From a virus (taxonomy: Duplodnaviria > Caudoviricetes), in IMG/VR virus record IMGVR_UViG_3300036778_000133, positions 1 to 29,799 of that record: a DNA stretch of 29,799 nt; one strand, 5' to 3'. The notes beneath the pieces were generated by a model. That model did not search any database, had not been told where the DNA came from, and was given only the letters and a program-made list of their open reading frames with translations. Each line of letters starts with the position of its first letter. Positions within the stretch are counted from its first letter, which is position 1. The position numbers and the translations under genes were made by a program. Below are positions 9,473-18,182 of the stretch, piece after piece.

Positions 9473-9501
9473 GAGTCATCCTTTTCCCGAAAAAAGGTTT
9501 G
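9227..9501. repeat. 25/26-bp direct repeat pair (9227-9251 and 9476-9501), each copy palindromic
   Basis: tcatcctttttccgaaaaaggtttg versus tcatccttttcccgaaaaaaggtttg (one substitution, one indel). Confidence 0.9.
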
Positions 9502-9589
9502 GCCGGGCACTCCCCCGAGGAAGCGCTGCCCAGCCGGATTGCACGCCTCGGACACTCGATGCCAGTGTCCCCGGGGGCGCAGTTATGGC

Positions 9590-10354
9590 CTAGCTGCCGG
9601 CGGAGAAGGTGATGGGGCCGGTGGTCATCAGATCGATTTCCAGGCCTACCTTTTTCGTGGTTTCCACGGTCAGCTTCGACGACTTAACGTAGGCCGCGAA
9701 GGAATAGCTGTCGCCCTTGGTGGCCTGCGCAGCCGTCTTTGGCAGCATGATCGCGAATGACTGCTTCGCACCGCTCTGATAGGCCGCCTCCACCAGCAGC
9801 TGGCCGGCATCGGAGCCGACACGGTTCACCTTGAACGGCACCGAGCCGGTATCCCGGATGGTGCTGATCACTTCCTTATCCGAGCCGGATTGGAAGTTGG
9901 TGGTGTCGTCGAACATCCACTCGCCACGATTCAGGGGGGAATCGGTGACTTCGCCGATCAGCGTGCCTGCGCTTGTCGCCGGCGGTGTGCCCGAGGTGCC
10001 CGCGGCGCCGGTGTCAGTGAAGGTGATGGTGGCGCTGCTGTAATAGGTATTCTCCGCGCCCATCGCGGTGCCGCGATAGAAGCGGTATCCGACGGCGCCG
10101 CTGACCGCTCCAGCCGTTAGTGCGACGCTGGATGTGGAACCGGTTGTGGTGACAACCGAAGATTCCACGCTGGCTGCAGACTCGCCGCCAAGCGCATCAA
10201 TCGCGGTGACCTTGTAGTAGTAGCTGCCGGCCGCCAGCGTGCCGCCGCTGCCGGATCCGGTGCCCGTTATGGATCCCGGCGCTGCAAGTGCAGTAGCGCC
10301 GATGGAAAGACTTGAGCCACGACCCGCCTGGGCCTGGCTACCGTTGTAAGCCAT
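9590..10354 (-). CDS. Major tail tube protein with an inserted FN3/Ig-like domain
   Basis: Lambda-like tube core (GSSLSIG...LIGEV...DTTN...DAGQ...YSFAAYV...TGPIT) interrupted by GSYYYKVTAID...GYRFYRG...TFTDTG. Confidence 0.88.
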   Translation of the reverse strand: MAYNGSQAQAGRGSSLSIGATALAAPGSITGTGSGSGGTLAAGSYYYKVTAIDALGGESAASVESSVVTTTGSTSSVALTAGAVSGAVGYRFYRGTAMGAENTYYSSATITFTDTGAAGTSGTPPATSAGTLIGEVTDSPLNRGEWMFDDTTNFQSGSDKEVISTIRDTGSVPFKVNRVGSDAGQLLVEAAYQSGAKQSFAIMLPKTAAQATKGDSYSFAAYVKSSKLTVETTKKVGLEIDLMTTGPITFSAGS

Positions 10355-10414
10355 AGCTATTTGCTCCTGTGGTGCGAAATGCCGCCAGAGGCGGGTTTTT
10401 ACAAACGTGTCGCG

Positions 10415-10819
10415 CTAGGTGCGCGGAAAATTGAAGAGGAAATAAAACTCGACAGCGCAGCGATAGAGCAGCGTGTCCTGCTCATAGAAATCGATGGGCT
10501 GGATGAAGATGGAATCATTCAGCTCCGTGCCATCGCTCAGGATGCCGGTGTATCCGTTGAGCACCTGCACCAGCGTCTTGCGCAGCATGGCCGCATCGCT
10601 ATAGTTCTTCCCCCAGCAATCGAACTGCATGCGTAGCTTGATCGGTCCGGAGGTTTCAAACGTCGGCTCACTGACACCGCCGGCCACCTGATAGGTCAGC
10701 GCTGGGAAGCCGGACGCTGGAGCGTTGGGGGGCAGTAGCACGGGATAAATACGAGTCGCCACCAGTGCGGAGATGTCTGGATCCGCATTCAGCAATGCAA
10801 CCAGGCCGACTTCGATCAT
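10415..10819 (-). CDS. Tail terminator (DUF3168-like)
   Basis: LVATRIYP, FPALTYQ and RMQFDCWG motifs; directly upstream of the tube gene. Confidence 0.88.
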   Translation of the reverse strand: MIEVGLVALLNADPDISALVATRIYPVLLPPNAPASGFPALTYQVAGGVSEPTFETSGPIKLRMQFDCWGKNYSDAAMLRKTLVQVLNGYTGILSDGTELNDSIFIQPIDFYEQDTLLYRCAVEFYFLFNFPRT

Positions 10820-11193
10820 TCGCTTGCACTCAATTCATAGGCGAGGACGGTGAGCAACCGGTTGCGCTGGTCCTCATTCAGAGGCGCTTCGATGTTGTAG
10901 GTGTGCACCACGCCCGTCGTCGCTTCCGTGTACACGATGCGCATATTGGCCTTGATCACAACGGAACTGGTCCAACGCAGCGTGATGAGGTGTGTTGCCT
11001 TGGAAACAAACTCGGCCGTCTGATAAAGCAGTTGCCCTTTGACGATGCTGATCTTTGCCCATGCGGTATAGATCGTGGTCCAGTTCTGCTGCGGCTGCCC
11101 GAATGGATCTTGCGTGGCCGTCTGCTGCTGAATCTGCACGCGGCGGTTGAGCGCGCCCACATCTACCACCTGGTCGACGAAGCCGCTGCGCAC
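10816..11193 (-). CDS. Head closure protein (SPP1 gp16-like)
   Basis: GALNRRVQIQ..T..QD.FG, WAKI and HLITLRW motifs. Confidence 0.9.
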   Translation of the reverse strand: MRSGFVDQVVDVGALNRRVQIQQQTATQDPFGQPQQNWTTIYTAWAKISIVKGQLLYQTAEFVSKATHLITLRWTSSVVIKANMRIVYTEATTGVVHTYNIEAPLNEDQRNRLLTVLAYELSASE

Positions 11194-12053
11194 TAGAGCC
11201 TCAAGTCCCGGAAGTTGGCCAGCTGCCCTTTGACCGAATCGAAGAATTCTTTCTTGTTCGCCGGCGCGGAGGCCCGATTCTCGTAGTGCCAGAGCGCGTG
11301 GCGCATGATGGCCACCTGGATCTCTTCGGGCACCAACTCACCGAGATACGCGGTGGCATTCGTCACGACCGTGCTGGCGTTATCCGCCGTAGTAGCGTGC
11401 CCAGAATCGTCGACGGCAGCAATGGTGGTGTTGAACACGGCGCCCGCTGTCCCTGCTCCCGGAACGGAAAGCGCGAGCCCCACCATGGATGCGTTGAAAA
11501 CGTAACTGCTGCTCACCACATTGGAAGCGGCACCCATGCTGACGGTGACGTTGCCGCCATAGCCGGTGATATAGTCCACCAGCACCGCGTTCGCGATCAC
11601 ACGCGCCACCGGCCACATATTGCCGAAAAGCGGCATCAGGCGCGCCGGCTGCGATTCTAGATCCTGTATGTAATCCGTGGCCGCGAGCATCTGCTGCGGC
11701 TCACCATTCTGATCCTGATACGAAAACTGCACGATGCCGCGCACCCGCGGATAGGGCAGCGCGATGGCATAGCGGATGCCCACCAGCACCGCGTTGGATC
11801 CGCTGACAAATGGCGAACTTACCTTCTGCCCCACATCCTTCAGAGAGATATAGCCGGGAAAGAAGTCCATGAGCAGGCGCATGGTGCGCAGCAGGAAGCG
11901 CCGCTGGCAATACAGCTCGGCCCAGTGACGCGCGGACGCGATGAGCGTGGGCCACAGCGTGTCATCGTCCGGGAAGTCCACGCGCGCGAAGAGTTTCATC
12001 TGCGTGAGCGTGACCGGCTCGGACGCCGGCGGGACTAGGGTGAGGAGTGCCAC
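11193..12053 (-). CDS. Head-tail connector (gp6-like) with an insertion
   Basis: Likely start is GTG 12053, just after the upstream stop, rather than 12161; EPVTL, AR.WAE.YC.R and VPEEIQVAI...HWYENR motifs. Confidence 0.88.
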   Translation of the reverse strand: MALLTLVPPASEPVTLTQMKLFARVDFPDDDTLWPTLIASARHWAELYCQRRFLLRTMRLLMDFFPGYISLKDVGQKVSSPFVSGSNAVLVGIRYAIALPYPRVRGIVQFSYQDQNGEPQQMLAATDYIQDLESQPARLMPLFGNMWPVARVIANAVLVDYITGYGGNVTVSMGAASNVVSSSYVFNASMVGLALSVPGAGTAGAVFNTTIAAVDDSGHATTADNASTVVTNATAYLGELVPEEIQVAIMRHALWHYENRASAPANKKEFFDSVKGQLANFRDLRL

Positions 12054-12054
12054 G

Positions 12055-12282
12055 TTACTCGCTGTCCTTCTGCGGTTCCTCTGCTGCGGGCTGCGGTTCC
12101 TCTGCTGCGGGCGCGACAGATTGCGAGCGGCCGCGAACCTTCTCCGCATGGCCGGATTCAAGCCATGCCTTGGCGAGCGCCGGATCCAGATCCACTTCGT
12201 CGCCAGGCGAAAACGAAAACTCAGGAAGCGAATAGGCCGGCTCGGCGTGCCCAGCGATCGATACCAACATGCGAACTTTCAT
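12055..12282 (-). CDS. Small head-module protein
   Basis: AGGAG RBS; MKVRML...GDEVDL...AKAWLESGHAE resembles the small genes often found after HK97 capsids. Confidence 0.8.
   Translation of the reverse strand: MKVRMLVSIAGHAEPAYSLPEFSFSPGDEVDLDPALAKAWLESGHAEKVRGRSQSVAPAAEEPQPAAEEPQKDSE
12070..12111. repeat. Perfect 21-bp tandem duplication (PAAEEPQ x2)
   Basis: ctgcggttcctctgctgcggg occurs twice. Confidence 0.95.
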
Positions 12283-12307
12283 GGTTCCGACTCCTTTGGA
12301 AACAGCG

Positions 12308-12334
12308 CGGGCGGCCCATTGGATGAGCCGCCCG
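12308..12334 (-). promoter_or_regulatory. Stem-loop downstream of the capsid gene (mRNA stabiliser or weak terminator)
   Basis: CGGGCGGCUCAU-CCA-AUGGGCCGCCCG; poor U-tract. Confidence 0.55.
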
Positions 12335-12362
12335 TCTCTGCTTGGGGATGGTGAACTGCTTA

Positions 12363-13646
12363 CTAGGTGGCGCTGTTGCGGAATGCGCCCATCGGGTGTG
12401 TTCCGGCATCGAGCAGGTTGCCGTCTGCACGCAGGAAGCCGATGAAGCCCACCTGCAGGTAGTCGGCATAGCGCTCCACCAGGCGCAGCACGGTGGTGCC
12501 ACCAGCCACACGGCGAGCCTTGTAGCTCTTCAACGCGCCGAAGAGGATGGAGTAGGCGTTGGCGGCCATCACCGGCATGTCATTGTTGATGACATACGGC
12601 TTGTCCAGGATGGTCTCCGGGAAGCCATTGCCGAAGCCCGCGCCGAGTGCCGGCTGCCACAGTGGACGGGATGAGCCGTCCTTGAGCTTCCGCAGCACCT
12701 TGAGTGTGGAATCGTGGAACATCCACTTTGCATCCGGCTGCTGGCGGTACGCCGGATCCACCAGGTGCATCGTGTTGACCAGATCGTCGTAAATGACCGA
12801 TGTGGTCTCGCCGGTGGCCCCCGTAGAGATGTTGCCAGCGGCGATGGTGGCGGTCTGCAGGCCAGTCGGCTCGTTCGTGCCCGAGCCCACCGTCAGCTTG
12901 TTATTGAGCTTGCGGCCGATGCGGGTGCCCAATGCCTTCGCGATGAACGAATCCAGATCGAAATAGGAATCCTGCATCAGTGCCAGCGGCACCAGGACGC
13001 TATCCGAGCTGAAGATATAGGCATTGAAAGTGGTCTGGCCAAACACCAGATCCGTCTCCGTCACCTGGGTGTTGATCGCGATAATGCCACCGCTGTTGCC
13101 GGTGTCATTCACGGTTGGCCAGGGCAGCGGGTTGCCGGATTCCGTGGTGAACTCATCCACGTTGCCCAGGATGCCGCCAAACCACTTCAGCGCCTCTTCC
13201 AGCTTGTCGGAAAAGCCCTGTGGGATGAGGTAGCCGCCACCGGTGGTGGTGAGCGTCTGCGCGTTCTTGATTTCGCCGACGCTGCGCATGCTGGCGCGCT
13301 CTTCCATGCTGAGCTCGCCAATGCCGTGACGCAGATACTTGCTGAATGCCGCGTTGTGCTTCTGCTTGTTCGCCTTCTCCGCTTCGGCGCCGTAGACTTC
13401 CTCGCCCAATGTTGCGGCGATTTTGTCTGTCGGCACCTTCCGGAGGTCCAGCTCGATGGAGTCAACGCGCTCCGCGCTCTTAATGCTTTCCTCGGTGGCC
13501 GTGTATTCCTTCTCCAGCGCGTTGAACTTGGTTTGCTCTTCGCTGTTGAGACCACGGTTGTTGTCCGCCTTCGCGGTGGACACGATAGCGCGCAATTCGA
13601 CAGACAAACGCGCCAGCTTCTCTCGCAACTCCTTGGAGTAGCTCAT
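12363..13646 (-). CDS. Major capsid protein, HK97 family
   Basis: N-terminal coiled-coil delta domain; GGYLIP, LMQDS, LRKLKDGSSRPLWQP and VGFIGFLRADG motifs. Confidence 0.97.
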   Translation of the reverse strand: MSYSKELREKLARLSVELRAIVSTAKADNNRGLNSEEQTKFNALEKEYTATEESIKSAERVDSIELDLRKVPTDKIAATLGEEVYGAEAEKANKQKHNAAFSKYLRHGIGELSMEERASMRSVGEIKNAQTLTTTGGGYLIPQGFSDKLEEALKWFGGILGNVDEFTTESGNPLPWPTVNDTGNSGGIIAINTQVTETDLVFGQTTFNAYIFSSDSVLVPLALMQDSYFDLDSFIAKALGTRIGRKLNNKLTVGSGTNEPTGLQTATIAAGNISTGATGETTSVIYDDLVNTMHLVDPAYRQQPDAKWMFHDSTLKVLRKLKDGSSRPLWQPALGAGFGNGFPETILDKPYVINNDMPVMAANAYSILFGALKSYKARRVAGGTTVLRLVERYADYLQVGFIGFLRADGNLLDAGTHPMGAFRNSAT

Positions 13647-13762
13647 TCTTTCCTCACTTGTTTGGTTTGGCGCGCTGCCCGCGAACGCCCTGGCGCCCGT
13701 TGCAGTGCATGCCGCGCATCGTCAGCTCGCGCTGGTTGTGCGAATTGCGGCTTTTTTCGGTA

Positions 13763-14623
13763 CTAAACTCGCAGCAGCCGGAGCCGGGCTTCGTATTGGC
13801 TCAGGTTGGAAGCGGCAGCTTCCATCTCGCCGTGATCGCAATCCTCGACGTCGCAGTCTTCCACGTCGCAATCCGCGCAGTCACCCTGCGCACACGCTGC
13901 ACACTCGCAGCCACAGGCGCTGCTCGCCTTTGGCTGGAGCGCTGCTGGCACCTTCTTCATTTTGGCCAGCGACTTGAATGAACGCGCGAGCGCCATGGCC
14001 GCGTCACCGTCATCCTCTTCGGCCGCAATCGCAGTGGCGAAACCTTCATCGACACATTCCTGCGCGCTCATCCAGGTCTCGGCATCCATGATGTCTTTGA
14101 TCTGGGCTGACGTCTTGCCGGTTTTGTCGACGTAGGCCTGCCCGATGGAGGTAGAGATCTTGTCCAGCACATCCGCGCACTGGCGCAGATCATCCGCGTT
14201 GCCCGCGCAGAAGGTCCAGGCGTTGTGCACCATCATCATGGCGGTGCGGCCCATGGTGATGGTGTCGCCCGCCATCGCGATGATGGAGGCGGCCGAGGCC
14301 GCGATGCCGTCGACAAAGACATCCACCGGCTTCTTCTGTGCCTTCAGCAGGCTGAGAATAGCCGAGCCTTCGAAGGCATCGCCGCCCGGCGAGTTGATGC
14401 GCACCGCGATGCGGCTGAAGACGCCGGCATTGTCGAGCTGCTGCTTCACCGTCTTCGCTGTGACGCCTCCATCGGTCCAGTAGTTGTAGCCGATGTCCTC
14501 GTAGACCAGCATCTCCAGCGTGCCATCGCTCTGTAGCGATGCACGGAAGCATGGCTGCAACCTGGCTGCGTGCGCATGGCGAGTTTTAGGCATATTCAGG
14601 ATCTTTCGCTTGCTCTTGCTCAT
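13763..14623 (-). CDS. ClpP-type prohead protease with a Cys-rich tail
   Basis: INSPGG, GIAASAAS (Ser), MMVHN (His) and MDAETWMSA motifs. Confidence 0.95.
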   Translation of the reverse strand: MSKSKRKILNMPKTRHAHAARLQPCFRASLQSDGTLEMLVYEDIGYNYWTDGGVTAKTVKQQLDNAGVFSRIAVRINSPGGDAFEGSAILSLLKAQKKPVDVFVDGIAASAASIIAMAGDTITMGRTAMMMVHNAWTFCAGNADDLRQCADVLDKISTSIGQAYVDKTGKTSAQIKDIMDAETWMSAQECVDEGFATAIAAEEDDGDAAMALARSFKSLAKMKKVPAALQPKASSACGCECAACAQGDCADCDVEDCDVEDCDHGEMEAAASNLSQYEARLRLLRV

Positions 14624-16236
14624 GGCTCTCCAATCAGTTGCCGCTTGAGGGCGGTGTAGGCTTCTTCTGCGACGGCGGTTGCGGTGCTGGAGGCGTTTTG
14701 CCTGGTCCAGCCTGTACTCTTCGCGGCGAGATCCCGAGCGTGCGCTGCAATAGTCGACTGATCACTTTCATTGAGTCCCCCTGAAAGATGCATCGCCACG
14801 ATGGCCTCGCCCATCGATGTCAGGATGGGGCGCAGCGTGCGCTCTGCGAATTGCGCGTCGTGCTGCTTGCGATTGGCGATCTTGCCCACCGCATCGCGGA
14901 AGAGCCGGCGGAAGCTGTTGACCAGAGGTGCGCGGTAGCGATCGGCCACCGGCACTTCGCCGGGATCGGGGTCGGCATCTTCTTCCTTCGCGGCATCCGG
15001 GTCCGGTTCCTCCATCAGCGATGCGAGTGTGACCATGTTCATGGGCACCATGCGCACATCGCCGCCCTCGCTCTCCGGAATCGGATTCTGGCGGAGTGCT
15101 TTGCGGCTATCGTTGATGCTGTTGTGTCCGATCTCGAAGAGCGTCTTCAGCCCGGCGGTCTGCGAGGCGAAGTCGCCGCGCTGGAATTCATTGAAATCAA
15201 AATTTGAGAAATATGGGCCGCTCAGCAGCTTGCAATCGACCTCTTGCTCCACGCGTACCGCCCAGGGACGCAGCGTGTAGCGCTGATGGTCCAGCGACTG
15301 ATGCTCGATGTTGTTGTTCGTTGCGCGCTGCAGATCCTGCAGAAGGTGCATGGCCACGCGGTAGAGAGCCGCAATCTCACTGCGCTGGAACTGGCGCGTC
15401 TGCAGAAACTGCGCATCGTTGGGCGCAATGGTCGTTTGCTCCCAAGTCATGCCCTCTTCCAGCACCAGGGGCCGCAGAGCGTTTTCGCCGCTCATCTGTT
15501 CGCGGATGGATTTTTTCAGGTTTTCTTGCGCTTCCGCATCGAGCTCGCCGGGATGCTTGAAGACGCCGCTCGAGCGCGCACCATTGCCGAAGAATTGTGC
15601 GCCGAACTTCTCCGCCGCGATCGCCAGGCCGAAGGCGTTCTTGCAGGTGCCGATGGGCGACAATCCCACCAGGCCATCCATGGTGAGGCCGGGAATGTGG
15701 AGCACATTCGCCGGATCGATGGCCGCAGGCATGCCATCTTCGGTGGCAGTAGTGATGTAGATCAGTTTTTTCTTGCCGGATTTAGAATCTTCCACCAAGG
15801 CCGGATTGGTGCGGTCGGAGGGAAGGGGATGCAGCGAAACAGCGCGCGCGGCGCCATCGCGACGGATGAGCGAATAGGAATTACCCCATCCCAGAGCACA
15901 CGCCAGGACGGCGCCCCAATACACCATCGCGGTCATCTGATTGTTGGGTCGGTCGTGCAGGATGGAATACATCCGATGCTCGGTGGCTTCGCGGATGGAG
16001 CCATCGGGCAGTTTCTGATATACGCCAAACGGGAGAGAGCTGAGATCCGTGGAGATGATGTTGATGCAGGCGAACGCCGTGGTGAGGCGCATGGCCTGCT
16101 TCTCATTGACCATGACGCCGGCGTCCGACTTGCCCAGGCCGAGCGATTCAAAGAGCGCCGAGTAAGGTAGGAGCGGCTGCGCTGGATCCTCGAGGGAGAA
16201 ATTCTGGATGCCGAGGGAGCGCGTCAGAAAACCCAT
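14620..16236 (-). CDS. Portal protein, HK97 family
   Basis: GLVGLSPI, FFGNGA, VLEEG, DAQFLQTRQF and NNIEHQ motifs. Confidence 0.97.
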   Translation of the reverse strand: MGFLTRSLGIQNFSLEDPAQPLLPYSALFESLGLGKSDAGVMVNEKQAMRLTTAFACINIISTDLSSLPFGVYQKLPDGSIREATEHRMYSILHDRPNNQMTAMVYWGAVLACALGWGNSYSLIRRDGAARAVSLHPLPSDRTNPALVEDSKSGKKKLIYITTATEDGMPAAIDPANVLHIPGLTMDGLVGLSPIGTCKNAFGLAIAAEKFGAQFFGNGARSSGVFKHPGELDAEAQENLKKSIREQMSGENALRPLVLEEGMTWEQTTIAPNDAQFLQTRQFQRSEIAALYRVAMHLLQDLQRATNNNIEHQSLDHQRYTLRPWAVRVEQEVDCKLLSGPYFSNFDFNEFQRGDFASQTAGLKTLFEIGHNSINDSRKALRQNPIPESEGGDVRMVPMNMVTLASLMEEPDPDAAKEEDADPDPGEVPVADRYRAPLVNSFRRLFRDAVGKIANRKQHDAQFAERTLRPILTSMGEAIVAMHLSGGLNESDQSTIAAHARDLAAKSTGWTRQNASSTATAVAEEAYTALKRQLIGEP

Positions 16237-16431
16237 CTAGCTTGCCCGCCTTTTTTCTGCGGCATGGATTCGCCGCTCATGCGTGGCGCTCGAACGTTCA
16301 ATGAGCAACACGGCAGCTAGACACATCAGACCGAAGAGCACCAGGGCAGCAGGCCTGCTCCACATGGCGACGCCGCCAATCAGGGCAGCGATACCAACGA
16401 CGAGCAGGACATCCTGGCGATCGATCTTCAT
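16237..16431 (-). CDS. Small two-TM membrane protein between TerL and portal
   Basis: Two hydrophobic segments; ATGA overlap with TerL; a common position in HK97-like phages. Confidence 0.8.
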   Translation of the reverse strand: MKIDRQDVLLVVGIAALIGGVAMWSRPAALVLFGLMCLAAVLLIERSSATHERRIHAAEKRRAS

Positions 16432-18182
16432 AGGGTCACGAGACCTCGAGAGGAATACACAGACTTCTTTTTCGGCGTCGCCAGCATGGCCCGGCTGATG
16501 GCATTCAGCAGCGCCGAGACTGGGTCAATCTTGTTCTCGTCCCGCTCTTTCCGCGGGAAGAGGTTGCCGTTGTTGTCCGGCTTGGCCACCACGTTCGACA
16601 TCGCCCAGGCGAGAGGCTTGTCTCCGTCGTGATGCAACCGGCCGGAGAGCACCGCTGCCTCGATCTCTTTCATGGGATCGGAGAGGAAGCGCACCTGCTG
16701 CGGAACGGTGATCACCACATCGTCAGCGAGCTCGGCGTCCAGCTCCTGCTGCAACTGCAACGCGCTCCACGGGTCAAAGGCCACGCAGCGCATATTGAAG
16801 CGCAGCGTGTCGGCCAAAATGTCTGTCTTGATGACCGAGTAGTCAATCTCCGCGCCGGGAATCCCGATCAGCGCCTTTTCATGCGCCCAACGCTGGTAGT
16901 GCTGGCACTTTGGATCCAGGATGCGATCGCCGGGCAGGTAGTACCGGCCAAACAGGTAGTAATGCTTCTTCCCTTTGTCGTCGAGCCGGACAAAAATGCG
17001 CATGCGCGCCGTGATGTCCACTTTCGAGGAAAGATCGTCGCCCTCGTAGCAGTCCTGGCCGAGAAACTCCTCAATTTTCAGACTGGGATCGCCGCATTTT
17101 GCCCAAGCCTCCATGTTCATCCAGGCAGTGGCGGCCCCTACCCAGATGTTGAGGTGCTTCGTCTTGACCAGGTTCTGTTTCGAGGCCTGTTGCACCGCCT
17201 CGCGCACTTGCTTCTGCAGAAACGTGCCTGAAACGGATACATCGTAGTTCGGATTCGCTTTTTTCAGCGCTACTTCGCTGGTCCAGTCATCTTTTTCGTC
17301 GATGGTGTAGATGATGGCGAAGAGTGCATCGTTTTCGACGATGCCTTCCAGCACCTTCTGCGCTTCCACCTGCAGATCGTGGCATGGGCCCGCAATATTG
17401 CTGCCTGCCGTCGTGATCACCAGCAAAAGCGGCTGCGCACGGGCTCCCATGCCCGTCTTCATGGTGTCGTACTGGTTCGCGTTCCCGTGCTCGTGAAACT
17501 CGTCAATGATCGCGCCCGATGGCGACGATCCATCCCCGGGATCCCCGATCAGCGGTTCAAAGCGGCTTCCGTCTTCCTCGATGTAAAGACTCTTCGCGGC
17601 CCACTGCACGCCGAAGATGCTTTCCAGCTCCGGCGTGCGGCGCACCATGCGCCAGGCCGGCCGGAATACCTCCCACGCCTGCTTCTCTGTCGTCGCGCCG
17701 CTGTAGACCTCGGCGCCGTACTCGTTGTCCGCTGCCAGCAGGTACAAACCGATGGCCGCGGCCCAGGTCGACTTCGCATTCTTGCGAGGGATGCAGACGT
17801 AAGCCTCGGAAAAGCGCCGCATGCCGGTCTGCTTCCACACCCAGCCGAAGAGTGCGCAGGTTTTGAACTTCTGCCACGGCTCCATCCGGATGCGATTGCG
17901 CTTGCCGGGCTCCGGCCGCGCCCACTGGCCCTTGATATGCGGCATCAGCTCGACGAAACGGCAGGCCCGGGCGGCCCTTTGCGGGTCGAATTTGTATGGG
18001 TAATCCTTCTCCTTTTCGCGGGCCAGGTCCTTCAGGTGCCGCTCACATGCCAGGCGCACCCACTTGCAAGCTACCTGGCGCCCCTCCACCACGTCCCGCG
18101 CATACTGATTCGCCGCAGCGACGAAGGCTAGATCAGCCGGCTCGCGAGGCTTTGTCTTCGCGCGCGAACGCTTTCCAGCCAC
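16428..18182 (-). CDS. terL: Terminase large subunit
   Basis: IPRKNAKST (Walker A), IIDEFH (Walker B), ITTAG, DLS, FDPW and KIDP motifs; the start is uncertain (GTG 18182, 18191 or 18245). Confidence 0.97.
   Translation of the reverse strand: MAGKRSRAKTKPREPADLAFVAAANQYARDVVEGRQVACKWVRLACERHLKDLAREKEKDYPYKFDPQRAARACRFVELMPHIKGQWARPEPGKRNRIRMEPWQKFKTCALFGWVWKQTGMRRFSEAYVCIPRKNAKSTWAAAIGLYLLAADNEYGAEVYSGATTEKQAWEVFRPAWRMVRRTPELESIFGVQWAAKSLYIEEDGSRFEPLIGDPGDGSSPSGAIIDEFHEHGNANQYDTMKTGMGARAQPLLLVITTAGSNIAGPCHDLQVEAQKVLEGIVENDALFAIIYTIDEKDDWTSEVALKKANPNYDVSVSGTFLQKQVREAVQQASKQNLVKTKHLNIWVGAATAWMNMEAWAKCGDPSLKIEEFLGQDCYEGDDLSSKVDITARMRIFVRLDDKGKKHYYLFGRYYLPGDRILDPKCQHYQRWAHEKALIGIPGAEIDYSVIKTDILADTLRFNMRCVAFDPWSALQLQQELDAELADDVVITVPQQVRFLSDPMKEIEAAVLSGRLHHDGDKPLAWAMSNVVAKPDNNGNLFPRKERDENKIDPVSALLNAISRAMLATPKKKSVYSSRGLVTL

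Noticed and set aside
9480-9497. Slippery-looking UUUUUUC and GGGAAAA heptamers
   Set aside because: They lie in the spacer downstream of the tube stop codon and are better explained as hairpin arms
12070-12111. Tandem repeat as a possible mini-CRISPR or DGR repeat
   Set aside because: In-frame coding duplication with no spacer; no cas or reverse transcriptase gene in the window
13715-13760. CUGACGA and GAAA, suggesting a hammerhead ribozyme
   Set aside because: Stems I-III cannot be formed around the core
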